Shown piece after piece: positions 10,136 through 21,200 of a stretch of 64,000 bases of DNA. The position numbers and the translations under genes are program-made. The DNA is taken from positions 2,880,001 through 2,944,000 of the forward strand of contig OY782781.1 of assembly GCA_963678315.1 (NCBI GenBank), read 5' to 3'. The notes below the pieces were generated by a model that worked only from the letters and a program-made list of their open reading frames with translations, made no database searches and had not been told where the DNA came from. Source of the DNA: Candidatus Cloacimonadales bacterium (lineage in GTDB: Bacteria; Cloacimonadota; Cloacimonadia; Cloacimonadales; JAFGVF01). Each line of letters begins with the position of its first letter. The stretch's first letter is position 1.

Positions 10136-12166
10136 TTACTCATCTTTTTGTTCCACCTTCAAGTAGGTCACTTCGAATCTTTTGCATTTACGATATTCTT
10201 GCATTTTATTCTCTAGTGAGAAGGCATCGTTCATTTCATAGTGTTGGAATATATCGAGCCCTCTATCTAGTTTAATTTTCCAGCCATTATTGAGGACGAT
10301 TGATCTAGCGTGAATGGTATTAGTATCGTCATAATCCCAGGTGAAGAAGATACCTATGTTAGAGAAAGTTCCTCTAATTTTACCTAGGTAGTCATCTTGT
10401 TGGAAAGGTTTATGGTCATCTTCGCCAGTAACAAGGTGAATATATATTTCATCTGCTTCATTTTTAATTGAGGCTAGCATTTCGATAAATTCCATGAGGT
10501 TTCTAATTTGTGGAAAGTTTCTGATATAGGGGTCAGTTATCTCTATTTTACTAGCACCTTGCAGGTATTTTCCAAAGAGTTTATTGTAGGAGACACCTGT
10601 TTGATTTTCTTCAACAATAATTTCACCAGTTTCCAGTTGAACTTTAAATGTTTCTTTACATGGAGCTGCTACAGGAGCTTGAGCGAGTGTTTCATGCTCT
10701 TCCTCTTCAACAGGGAAATATTGTGGGTATGTTTTTTCTTCTAGGGTTTTAACAAATTTCCTGACATTATTATCTACATATTCAAATTTCACATTAGTAT
10801 AGGTTTTGTCGATTCTCATGAGGTGTTGCTTAACTCTTTTTCTTCCTTCCATGGCAAAGATGAGCAATTCTTCCATTTCATCCTTACTTGCCTGTTTGTG
10901 GGGGTAAAGAATCTTCATCAAGCCTGAGAAAGTTTTTTTAATAGCATCTTTATCTCTAGTAGAGAGAGAATCAGAGAGGGCGAAGTGTTCTTCATAGAGG
11001 TTGGTATAATCGCTATTACGAAGGAATCTAAGAATTTCCGCAAGATAATCAACCACAAAGCCGTAACCATTAGAGAATAGTTCAGAGCGAATAATATCTA
11101 CTTCCCAGCCAGGAATATAGAAGTGTAGTCTATCAAGGAAAGCAGAATCATAGTATTGTTCAGGTAGCTCATCAAAGAGGTCACCATGTTTGAGCATATA
11201 AGGTAGATTATGGCTAGTATTGCCTATAAATGCTAAAGAAGCTTCAGCTCCTAGAGTTTCAATACCTCGAGAGAAGGTCTTGTTTGCCATATAGTTTTTG
11301 AGAATATCTACCAGTGCTTTATTGGCTTTTTTCTTTCTGCCAGCAAATTCATCAAAAGCGATTACATCCCAGTAGCCCACAAGTCCTATTTTACCTGATG
11401 AGTTATTAACAAATAGTTTAGGAACAGTCACTTCCCCACCAGAGATTAGCATACCGTGAGGTGAAAACTCTGAATAGATATGGGATTTACCAGTACCTTT
11501 AGCACCTAGTTCTATCAGGTTATAATTTCTTTCGCAGAAAGGAATCATTCTGACTAAGGCTAAGAGTTTATTTCTTCTAGATAGTTTAGAAGGTTCAAAA
11601 CCAATACTTTGAATTAGGAGGTCTATCCATTCATCAGTAGAGAATTTTTCTCTTTTTTGCAGGTAGGATTCAAAGTCGAAGTTAGAAAGTTGGATAGGTT
11701 TCAGCTTTGCCATTTGCCAAGGAGAAACTCTTTTATCATCTTGGTGTGAATACTCCATATCGACCATACACCAGACTCCAGATACCAGAAGTTTAGGATG
11801 ATTCTTAACTGTTGCAGGGTCAACTATAACTCCTTTGATACCTAGATTAGAAAAAGAAGCTTCATAGCAATCATCTTTATCATTGAGGCTTACAGACACC
11901 TTATCTATTATTTTGTGTCTTCCTTTTTGTTCTATAATTGCTTTAATCAAGCCAGCTTCGTTTCTATGAACATAATGTTTACTTAATATTTCTTTTACTG
12001 TTTCAATCCCAGATTGAATATTATCTTCATCGTCAGAGGCACAGTATTGTCCAAGTAGATATTCTAATACATAGGTAGGAACTATGGCATTGCCTTTTAT
12101 CTTCTTAGCAAGATCTTTACGAACAACTAAGCCTTCAAAATTTTCATTTATCATTTTATCTAACAT
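10136..12166 (-). CDS. brxL: BREX BrxL, AAA+ core with a C-terminal MIT_C/PLD-like domain instead of Lon protease
   Basis: VPTYVLEYLLGQYC, GAKGTGKS, FDEFAG, AFLDRLH; C-terminus ITDPYIR...IHARSIVLNNGWKIKLDRGLDIF. Confidence 0.9.
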   Translation of the reverse strand: MLDKMINENFEGLVVRKDLAKKIKGNAIVPTYVLEYLLGQYCASDDEDNIQSGIETVKEILSKHYVHRNEAGLIKAIIEQKGRHKIIDKVSVSLNDKDDCYEASFSNLGIKGVIVDPATVKNHPKLLVSGVWCMVDMEYSHQDDKRVSPWQMAKLKPIQLSNFDFESYLQKREKFSTDEWIDLLIQSIGFEPSKLSRRNKLLALVRMIPFCERNYNLIELGAKGTGKSHIYSEFSPHGMLISGGEVTVPKLFVNNSSGKIGLVGYWDVIAFDEFAGRKKKANKALVDILKNYMANKTFSRGIETLGAEASLAFIGNTSHNLPYMLKHGDLFDELPEQYYDSAFLDRLHFYIPGWEVDIIRSELFSNGYGFVVDYLAEILRFLRNSDYTNLYEEHFALSDSLSTRDKDAIKKTFSGLMKILYPHKQASKDEMEELLIFAMEGRKRVKQHLMRIDKTYTNVKFEYVDNNVRKFVKTLEEKTYPQYFPVEEEEHETLAQAPVAAPCKETFKVQLETGEIIVEENQTGVSYNKLFGKYLQGASKIEITDPYIRNFPQIRNLMEFIEMLASIKNEADEIYIHLVTGEDDHKPFQQDDYLGKIRGTFSNIGIFFTWDYDDTNTIHARSIVLNNGWKIKLDRGLDIFQHYEMNDAFSLENKMQEYRKCKRFEVTYLKVEQKDE

Positions 12167-12174
12167 TTATTCTC

Positions 12175-14655
12175 CTAGAAATCTGCAAAGATAGATATCT
12201 TCAATAGGTATGGATAAGATTTATAGTCAACATACTTATTAGTGTCGCTCATCTTATTTTTTAGTTTCAAATATACAGTTTGATTGTTGTAGTCATTTGC
12301 TTTATCATTGAGGATTAATTTTACCTTAGTTTCCCTCTCTCTTGACAGTTGAGCATTAGAGTTAAAAGTCAATTCATGCACATCAGAGATAAGTTCATCT
12401 TGGTCTGAATAGAGTCCTAGAGTCAAGAACCTAGCTTTAATCTTTTCTGTAACAGCTTGGCTTTGGTAGATAGTTACACTTACCTGTCCTGTTGTTATTG
12501 AATTATTACTTTTTTGTAGAAGGTCAACTTCAACCTGAGAAACATCATCTTTACGACCTGGCTTGCTTATCCTAACAATAGGAATAATAAGCTCTTGTAG
12601 AGAAGCTCCCCCATGCACATACCTAGAACCAGAACCTTGCACTCTCAATTTATTGATAGATTTGGCTACTAGTATTTGCAAGCCTGAACCAATGTTAAGT
12701 TGTTCCGATGTAAACTTCATCATGTTTGGACTTTCCGGAAGTTTCTTGCCTATCACAAATCGTCTATTCTTGTTAATATCTTGACCCTTGATATCAATAT
12801 CCAAGAAGTCACTCTCATCAACTTTACTATCTTGATATAAGAAACCATGGTCTGCTGTTATCATGAAGTTAGTTATTCTATTTCCTCCACCAATCTTTTT
12901 GACTAGTCCTGTCAATTGCTCCAATGTCTTTTCTACAGCTTGAGGAAGTTGAGCTTCACTTACAAGCTTATCTCCTGTAGCATCTATGACATTATGATAG
13001 ATATAGATTAGTTTATGGTCTACACACAATTGTTTTATCTCATCTCCACTCTTGCTCATAATATCTTCATAGTTAAAGGCTATTGAATTCTCAACTTGAC
13101 TTTGAAGTATCTTGTTTCTATTATCTAAGCCGAGAGAAGACCTGCCATCTACTTCAACATTACTAAGGCTTTTGCTATCAAGGCATAGTTGTTCATGTGG
13201 TAGTAGGCTAGCCATACCCAGTTGCGTATAAGAAGGTAAGCTAGCAAGCATCATTTGTATATTGCCAATATATCTGTTTTCAGAAGTAATTCTAGTAAGT
13301 AATTCTTGCCCTACCTCATAACGCATAGCATCTGAAATAATCACCACTAATTTACTTGTTTTGAGTTTAGATTCTACAGCTAACTTATAGAAATCACTTT
13401 GTCTGATATATTCAGTCTTCTGCTCAATATCAAAGTATTCTTGCCACTTATTGTTTAGGTCTAAAAGGAAGTTATTGGAATATAGTCTTTCTATCTTCTC
13501 AAAAAGAGCAAGCAGACTAGAATTACTATTAGTCTTTTTAAAGTGATAAGAGAACTGCCTATAATCTTGGTCTATTTGATAGTAAGTAGTCATATACTTA
13601 GTCATCATATCAGCCATAGAATCAACTTGCAGGTCTAGCAAGCCTAATTTTTCTAAAAAGACAGCTCCTATCTGGATAGTCTTATAAACATTCTCGAAAT
13701 CACTATACCAGAAGCTAGATTGTCTTTTAGAAATAATATTTCCAAGATCTTTTTGATTTATGCTCTCATGCAGTATAGCATCTATCAGATAGCCTATAAT
13801 AGCCTTATCTATATCTTGATAGATATCTAATTTTTCTAGCTTATTAATATCAATCTTATGGACTTTTTCACTAATAGAATATTGCTTAGCAAAGTCTTGG
13901 GATAGCTTAATAAAGGCTTGTCTATTCTTTCGGTTGTCTTTAAAGTTATTAAAAAAGGCTATAGCTGTAATAAATAGCGAGTCTCTATCCTCTGTGCTAT
14001 TAGTCCACATATTATCGAAAAGTTCAGCTATAAAGTCTTTTATACTTGGTTTTTTACTTTCATAGCCATAAGATCTACGTGCAAAGTCCCATAATTCACT
14101 TTCCAGACTAGATTTAACAATTAAGTTATATTTACTGTACTTATCATAGCCATATTCTTTTATCAATTCTGTTAAGATAGAAGCTATATCAGCATTAGTA
14201 TTTGCACATATTGCTAGCATCTTAAGATGTATATCAGCTACTCCATCAGCAGGATCAACTATATTTTTCAGAGCCTGCCTTCGCTTGTCAGAATTCAAGA
14301 AGTATTCTCTTGATTTTAGTATTCCTTGCATCAACTGGTTATTATGAAATTCACTCAACATTAGACCTAACTTATCAGCAGAGAAAAGGCCTTCAGCTAA
14401 TTGCACATCTAAGAGCCAATTATCTTTATCTGCTTTTTGTTCATAAGGAAAGTATAATAAGAACTTATCTTTCGCCTTTTCCTTGAGAATCCTATATTTA
14501 ACCTGAAATTCATTATTATTTATCTCAATCTTGCTTACTTGTGAGATTTCCAGTTGATTAAAGAAATCAGTAAATTCCTGCTTGCCATCATACCAGAAGA
14601 TTATCCTAGTCTCTTTAAATCTATCTTCTAAATGTTTTTTTATCTTTTCATTCAT
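12175..14655 (-). CDS. pglZ: BREX PglZ phosphatase-fold protein
   Basis: RIIFWYD, ISDAMRYE, LPSYTQLGMASLLPH, TADHGF, YVHGGASLQE. Confidence 0.93.
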   Translation of the reverse strand: MNEKIKKHLEDRFKETRIIFWYDGKQEFTDFFNQLEISQVSKIEINNNEFQVKYRILKEKAKDKFLLYFPYEQKADKDNWLLDVQLAEGLFSADKLGLMLSEFHNNQLMQGILKSREYFLNSDKRRQALKNIVDPADGVADIHLKMLAICANTNADIASILTELIKEYGYDKYSKYNLIVKSSLESELWDFARRSYGYESKKPSIKDFIAELFDNMWTNSTEDRDSLFITAIAFFNNFKDNRKNRQAFIKLSQDFAKQYSISEKVHKIDINKLEKLDIYQDIDKAIIGYLIDAILHESINQKDLGNIISKRQSSFWYSDFENVYKTIQIGAVFLEKLGLLDLQVDSMADMMTKYMTTYYQIDQDYRQFSYHFKKTNSNSSLLALFEKIERLYSNNFLLDLNNKWQEYFDIEQKTEYIRQSDFYKLAVESKLKTSKLVVIISDAMRYEVGQELLTRITSENRYIGNIQMMLASLPSYTQLGMASLLPHEQLCLDSKSLSNVEVDGRSSLGLDNRNKILQSQVENSIAFNYEDIMSKSGDEIKQLCVDHKLIYIYHNVIDATGDKLVSEAQLPQAVEKTLEQLTGLVKKIGGGNRITNFMITADHGFLYQDSKVDESDFLDIDIKGQDINKNRRFVIGKKLPESPNMMKFTSEQLNIGSGLQILVAKSINKLRVQGSGSRYVHGGASLQELIIPIVRISKPGRKDDVSQVEVDLLQKSNNSITTGQVSVTIYQSQAVTEKIKARFLTLGLYSDQDELISDVHELTFNSNAQLSRERETKVKLILNDKANDYNNQTVYLKLKNKMSDTNKYVDYKSYPYLLKISIFADF

Positions 14656-17600
14656 TATTTATCCTTATCAGTAAGCCCTGTTACTTTTCTAAGTGCCTTG
14701 CCAAACTTATTGTAGTTAACTAGAACACCATCATCAAGATCTATCTCAAGATGCTTATTAGCTAGTGGAAAGAGAATATCCCGCTCATAATCATTAAGTT
14801 CGTTTATCAGCTTACTTAATTTATCAAGCTCTTTCATGGCTTTAGTCCTTTCTTGTGCCTTCACTTCTGGATTAAGAGATAAATCATTAAAGTGGTCTTT
14901 CTGCTTATCTAGCCTAGCTACATACTCACGCAGATAGTCATTCAAGACTACATTAGCCGTGTCTTTTGTGTATCTATGCATGTAGATTAAAGCAGAGAAT
15001 CCCTTATTAGGAGAAGAGAACAACCAATAAATTGGCCTCTTCTTATAGCGTTTGATATGGTCATTATAGAAGTCTTTTAACAGATACTTTTCTATATCCT
15101 TACCTAAAGACTCTTCCACAAAGGCTAAGTTCTCTGCAAAGCTCTCACTTCCAAAGGTAACCTTCAAAAAGTCTTTAAACCTCTCTACAATATCATCGCC
15201 AAACCACTGTCCTCCCAAGACTGGTATTACATTGGTCTCAGCTATTTCATAGCTTAAATTACTTATATTTGCCTCTTCCTTTGCCTGCTCTATGGTCTGT
15301 CCCTGATTTGCTATAAACAAGCCTTCTTTATCTAAAGTATATCTACCAAACATACAGCCTACAGCATAAGAGATAAACTGCTTCATAGCCTCAGCCTTAT
15401 CAAAGACTATAACCTTCTCTTGCCTTAACTCAGCCTCCTCTAAAGAAGACTTATCAATAACAATATCCTTTTCCCTAGCCTGGTCAAAAGTAAGAATAGA
15501 CTTCTCAGTCTTAAAAAGAGTTACATCTTCAAGTTCAACATACTTGTCCATCTCATCATTTAAATCATAGATATCTAAGAAGATCTGATTCAATTCCTCT
15601 TCATTGGCATGTAACTTAAAGAAAGACTCCCTAGACTGCTTTACCCATAAATTATATGCTTTTCTTAATTGATAATTGTTAATTGATAATTCTGAATTAT
15701 GAATTTGCTCTGCATTTCCATTTTTCTCTTTTAATTCTTCATTTTTCATTTGCAAAATAGGATTTTGCAAGAAGTCCCATGAGGTCTCTCTTGAGTCCCA
15801 TTCGGATTTGGAGATGCTAATTGTCTTTCTACTAATATTATCTAACTGATTAATTATGCTTTTGTTATACAGAATTTTCCAAGGAATAGATATAATATTA
15901 CCTAACTGAAAAGCTAAAGTGGGGTTAATAATTTTCAGTATTTTAAAACATAATTTACTACCAAGAAATGCAACTGTTAAGTTTACATCATTATTAGGAA
16001 AATAGCTCATACTATTAACATCAAATATGTTTCCAATATCACAATATCTAACACCGAAAGAAGAACTACTTAAAAGAGTCCAAGAAACTGATTCCCTAAA
16101 ATAATAATCTGGATTTCTTACTACAGATCTATCGAAGTTTCTTATTTCCCTCCCATCATCTTCCCAATTAACTAGGTATTCTTGATTACCATACCACTTT
16201 CGGAACTCACCACCCTTGTTATATGGGAACCACTTCAAGCCACTCTCTTGGGCTTCTTGTCTATTAGCCATGCCAAATCCAATTCTATCAATAGAGACTT
16301 CATTCCATAGCCTTAGGAACCTGTTGTTATCGCCAGTTTGTAGACCAACTTTAGCCTCCCCAACTTCCCCCAACTTAGGATTATTAGCAAATATATCTCT
16401 CACCTTATCAGACACCCAATAGGCTATAGGAGAGCCTGGTATTTTCTTAAAATCGCTTTGATTAGCTGTGTAGTAGTAGCCACAGTCAGGGTTAGAGATA
16501 GCCTCGAGGGTTTTAGGTGCTTGATTCTTTGCTCCCTTGAACTCAGATAGCTTGATATAAGAACCTTTGAAGGTATCATCTTTTGTATTTTCTAGGGTGA
16601 AAGTACATATTGGAACTGTTGCTCCGTCAAAACCTGAATATTCTAATTGTACTAAAGAGCTTATATTTGTATTATTTATTAGCTTATTTCTCATCTGTTC
16701 ATAAGAAGAAATAAACATCCAAACAAATGGAGTCATAAATCCAAGCTTTCCAGCCTTTTCTGTCATATTTACACATCTATATATGAAGGCTGAAAATAAA
16801 TCTGATTTAACTTCTTTATAGTTTTTTACAAGGTAACTTTTCAAGTCTTTATTAAGCCATTTATTACCCATATAAGGCGGGTTAGTCACCACGCAGTGGT
16901 ATTTTCTTTGGAGGAAGTCAATCTGTTTAAGAGCAACTTGTATTTTAGAGTAGTGATATTGGTAGTAAGCGTCTTGGTCAAGTTTAGCCATAGCCAATCT
17001 ATCTTTAAGCTTGTTTAGGTCACTTAGCTGAGGATTAATAAGAGAACCGTAAGTATCGGCAGATCTTAAGAGATTAAGAGTTTTTTGAAGATTAAGGCTA
17101 TCGTGTCCTAGTTTATCTGCTCCTACTTCATCTAGCATTTCACTAACTTGTATCTCTTCAAGCTGGCAGTTTTCCATGACAATAACATTAGGAATTAGCA
17201 CTTCTTTTCTAAAGTATCTATTGAAGTAGGCTCTAGCCTTCATAGTGAGGGCTAGGGAGGCAAGTTCGCCTGCTCTTTTATCTATATCAATAGCAAAAAG
17301 GTTTTTCTCTAAGATAAGTTTAGGGATTTCAGACTTATTATAGCCTTCTTCTTCATAGATTTTGGTTAGCAGGTCAAAGGCATAGACTAGGATATGGCCA
17401 GAACCACAGCAGGGGTCTATAAAAGTAATATCTTCTGGTGATTGAATTTTTAATTTATTATCATAAGATTCAGGCTTAATATAGTAAGGCATATCATTAA
17501 TTAGAGAAGACTTAGGGTGGTTTTCCATCCACAATCTACCTAGGGAATTTTCTACCATATACTGGACAATCCAATGAGGAGTAAAGAGCTGAGTAACTGC

Positions 17601-18275
17601 CGGAATTTCATCTGTTTTATAGGCTTTTTTCTTTGCCATTGCCTGGTCTTTCTTCTCAGATATATAGAACTGATAGAGCCAACCTATAAGCTCTACTTGC
17701 GAGCAATCTTGGTCGCTTAGGGTTTGCAGAGTCTTACTTATGAAAGAGTTTTCAGACAGAAGGTCTTCCGGAAGGAGAAGTTCTTGGTAATCAGTAATTC
17801 TTTCAAAGAGGAAAGGCATTAAGCTATGATAGTAATTACAAGCACAAGCTAGGAGAATTCTATAAGCTTCTTGTTGGGCATTATTACTCTTAATCTTACC
17901 TGTAAGCAGGTCAAGTATTCTTTCTTGTTTATCTAGGGGAGTTAATTCTTCATCAAAGTGTCCTTCTCTAGCATCGACTAAGATTTGGGCTTGCAGACTA
18001 TTGCCTTGAGGGCTTACTATTCCTACTTTGCTATAATTATTTGCATCCATAAAGCGAAGGGCTACTATCCTATTAAACCAGGTGTAGGCTACTCTTTCTA
18101 AGACTATAGCCAAAGATTCTTTTTTGATATCTTTATTAAGTTTTTCTATAGCTCCAGGGTTTTCTCTAGCCTCTATACTAGTTCCATTTGATATTATCTT
18201 ATATCTATTTTCTATTTGCTTGATTAGCTCTCTTCTGGCTTCTTGAGCATATTTCTTTAATTTATTTGTATTCAT
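14655..18275 (-). CDS. pglX: BREX adenine methyltransferase PglX
   Basis: AYTWFNR, TQLFTPHWIV, DPCCGSGHIL, NPPY, YKKRPIYW, IDLDDGVLVNY; likely start ATG 18275. Confidence 0.95.
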   Translation of the reverse strand: MNTNKLKKYAQEARRELIKQIENRYKIISNGTSIEARENPGAIEKLNKDIKKESLAIVLERVAYTWFNRIVALRFMDANNYSKVGIVSPQGNSLQAQILVDAREGHFDEELTPLDKQERILDLLTGKIKSNNAQQEAYRILLACACNYYHSLMPFLFERITDYQELLLPEDLLSENSFISKTLQTLSDQDCSQVELIGWLYQFYISEKKDQAMAKKKAYKTDEIPAVTQLFTPHWIVQYMVENSLGRLWMENHPKSSLINDMPYYIKPESYDNKLKIQSPEDITFIDPCCGSGHILVYAFDLLTKIYEEEGYNKSEIPKLILEKNLFAIDIDKRAGELASLALTMKARAYFNRYFRKEVLIPNVIVMENCQLEEIQVSEMLDEVGADKLGHDSLNLQKTLNLLRSADTYGSLINPQLSDLNKLKDRLAMAKLDQDAYYQYHYSKIQVALKQIDFLQRKYHCVVTNPPYMGNKWLNKDLKSYLVKNYKEVKSDLFSAFIYRCVNMTEKAGKLGFMTPFVWMFISSYEQMRNKLINNTNISSLVQLEYSGFDGATVPICTFTLENTKDDTFKGSYIKLSEFKGAKNQAPKTLEAISNPDCGYYYTANQSDFKKIPGSPIAYWVSDKVRDIFANNPKLGEVGEAKVGLQTGDNNRFLRLWNEVSIDRIGFGMANRQEAQESGLKWFPYNKGGEFRKWYGNQEYLVNWEDDGREIRNFDRSVVRNPDYYFRESVSWTLLSSSSFGVRYCDIGNIFDVNSMSYFPNNDVNLTVAFLGSKLCFKILKIINPTLAFQLGNIISIPWKILYNKSIINQLDNISRKTISISKSEWDSRETSWDFLQNPILQMKNEELKEKNGNAEQIHNSELSINNYQLRKAYNLWVKQSRESFFKLHANEEELNQIFLDIYDLNDEMDKYVELEDVTLFKTEKSILTFDQAREKDIVIDKSSLEEAELRQEKVIVFDKAEAMKQFISYAVGCMFGRYTLDKEGLFIANQGQTIEQAKEEANISNLSYEIAETNVIPVLGGQWFGDDIVERFKDFLKVTFGSESFAENLAFVEESLGKDIEKYLLKDFYNDHIKRYKKRPIYWLFSSPNKGFSALIYMHRYTKDTANVVLNDYLREYVARLDKQKDHFNDLSLNPEVKAQERTKAMKELDKLSKLINELNDYERDILFPLANKHLEIDLDDGVLVNYNKFGKALRKVTGLTDKDK

Positions 18276-18279
18276 AAGA

Positions 18280-21200
18280 TTAGTCCACCTCAATTATCTT
18301 GCCATCAGCAAGTTGTTTCTTATATTCTGCTTTTATTTTTGCAAGATATTCTTCTAAGTCTTCCTCTGTTTCTATAGTCATCTTCTTATAGTCTATTACT
18401 AGGCTCTTTGAAAAAACGCGATTTTTTCCAAGAGACCCATAAGGGTCAGGTGATAGAGACTTAGTATTTGATTGACTAGGAGGAGAAATCAATAGACTAA
18501 TCTCCCTGATAATTTGAGGGTAAGTCTTTTCTTCAAAAGTTCTTTTCATATCTCTAATCAGGGCAATTGATTTACTTGCCTTAATTCTTTCAATATTGTC
18601 TTTAAATTTTCCTAAAATATCATCTTTGCTATCTTGAGAAAGTTTTTCAAACTCTTCTTTTTCTTTTAGTTTATCTTCTAAAGCTTTGATTTCAGTAATA
18701 GCGTTATCTTGCTCTTGACTAAGAAGATTGTTAATAGTTGAATCAAGACTAGCAACATAGTCTTTTAAGAGCTTTATTTTATTGCCTTTAAGGCTCTTTT
18801 CATCTGAGATTATATCCTCTATATTCTTGATATAATCGCTAGTAACATAATTCAAATTTGAGTTAGATTCTGCTACTAAAGCTTTAGCTGAATCAAATAT
18901 CTCTCTTTGTCTATTAGCAGACATCATGAAGTTAAGAATTGGGTCTGTTTGCTCTAACTTAGTATCTAGCAGATTATCATAATTAGAATCAAGGGAAGTA
19001 AGAAACCACTCATAGGAGTTTTTAGCAACTTTAGAAAATTCTTCAATAGCTTGGTCTAGAATATTATTAAAGGGATATTTAGAGGATCTAGAGTTTTGAA
19101 GTTTTCTGATATAAGCAGTTAATCTAGTCTTAACATCATTGGCTAAGGCTCTAGCCTCATTATAAGTAGCTGGTTCTTCAAAGAAATCATTGTAGAAGTC
19201 ATTCAAGCGCTTGATTTGTGCTTTGCTATAATCTACTAAAGGATTAAGGACTATCTTATCATGATTAGAAGAGGAATTAAAGTTAAAGAAGATATCTTTA
19301 GATTCTAAGATTTGAGAGTTCTTATTGGCTTCCACTTTATCTAACTTATATAATTCTGCTACTAAGCATATAACTGCTGTGTAATCCCAGCCATAAGGCT
19401 TTTTAGTAAACTTATCAATAATAGATTTAAGAGTAGGTCGCATGCCAGAAGTCTTAGCTAGCTTAATTTCTCTTAATATTTCTTCTTGGGCTTCAGTAAG
19501 AACCCCTCTAGCTAATTCATTAATCTCTTCAGATAAAATATCTTGAATGTTGTTTATATGATAGTTTTTTGTTACCATTTTAAGATAAGGGTAAGTGCGT
19601 CTGATTAGTTCATGAAAAGCATTCTCAATAATATTTATAGGGCTAGCAGAGGAGACAGGCAATTCTTCCCCATTAATAAAGAGCTTTGACTGAGATATAA
19701 GGCTCTCTATTCTAGTTAGTATATTATCTCGCCTATCTCTATTTTGGTTAACTTTATCAGCTAGAATACGCTGAATATTAGTGGATTGGTTTTGAGAATT
19801 ATTCTGCCTAACATACTTCTCTGTCTGCTTAAATAACTTTAAGTCTTTAGTAATTCTACCATCATCAGCCAGCATGAGAATAAGTTCATCTAAATTCATG
19901 GAATGCATGAGAATAGTAGTTTCATCAGCATAGTATTCATACAAAGGACTGACAAGATGAATAGCTAATTCATATTCACGACCATAGAGCTTACCATCAA
20001 TCTTTTTAGAATATTGGTAATCACGTTTGTTATCAGGTAAGCGAATCTTATTCTTTTTTAAAATATCATCAAAGACAAGTTTATTGAATTCATCAACAAT
20101 TTCTTTAAGCTCAATTTCGGTATGTTTTATCTCTTCTTCAACATCTTTTTCATCATCGGTAAGATATTCATATTGGTCCTTGTTCTTCTGGATATAGGAT
20201 TGGTCTTCTAGGATATTTAAGGCTTCCTCAACCTGTAAACTTAGCTTATCCATATCTACATGAAGAGAATCAATCATAAGAACTACTAGGTTACGAATAG
20301 TAGCTTTAAATTCTTTGATATATTTGACTAAGAAGAGAGCTTTTAAGACTTTAACAGCAAAATCATTTTGCAGATGCCTTTCAGCTATATTGATAGATGA
20401 TTGAATCTTAGTTTTCAAGGAAGATCTAATACCTTCAAACATGAGGTCAAAGGAAGCTAAATTATTGATTTCAAAGTTGCAAATCTGGATAGCTACATTC
20501 TGGAAAACTCCCAGCATAGACCTTTCACCAACAGATGAGTGCTTTCCTTCAAAAGCATTATGACTAGATAGATTAGTAATAGCTGTTTGGAAAAGAGTGA
20601 ATTGATAAGGAATAAATGGATAGCTTCCTTGGAAATGCTGGCAATCTTTGAAGTTCTGATAATGCTTAGAACCATCTACAAAATCAAACATAGTTTTAAA
20701 GTTAAAATGATGTTGATTATAGATATCAGCCAGCATAGGAAGAGAAGATTCTTTCTTTTCTAGCAAACGCTTCTTGATAACTTCTTCTACATTAGCAGAA
20801 GTAAGCTTTAACCTATTCTTAAAACGACCCTGAATCTTAGTGAAGTCATTGCTCTGAGATTTGATATTATCGTTTTTACCCATATCTCCAAGAATGGATT
20901 CCATGTCTTCTTGAGCTGTCACAAATATCCAAGCTCTCCCTTTGCAGATAGTGTTTAAGGATTCGGCAACTGTCTGCAGATTGGTCATTAGCTTAACATT
21001 ATTGGCTATATACTGTCCCACTTCATCCACAAAGAAGTTAAGGCGGAAGTTCTTTTCCTGAGAGTCTATGTAGTCCTTTACATTATGGGCGAAATCTTCT
21101 ATGGAAAGACTGTAGTCGCTTCTATACTTATCAAGAATAGCTATGTGATTTTGTTGGGTAACAGCATTGTAAGCAGAATCAACTAAGTTAGCGTAACGCT

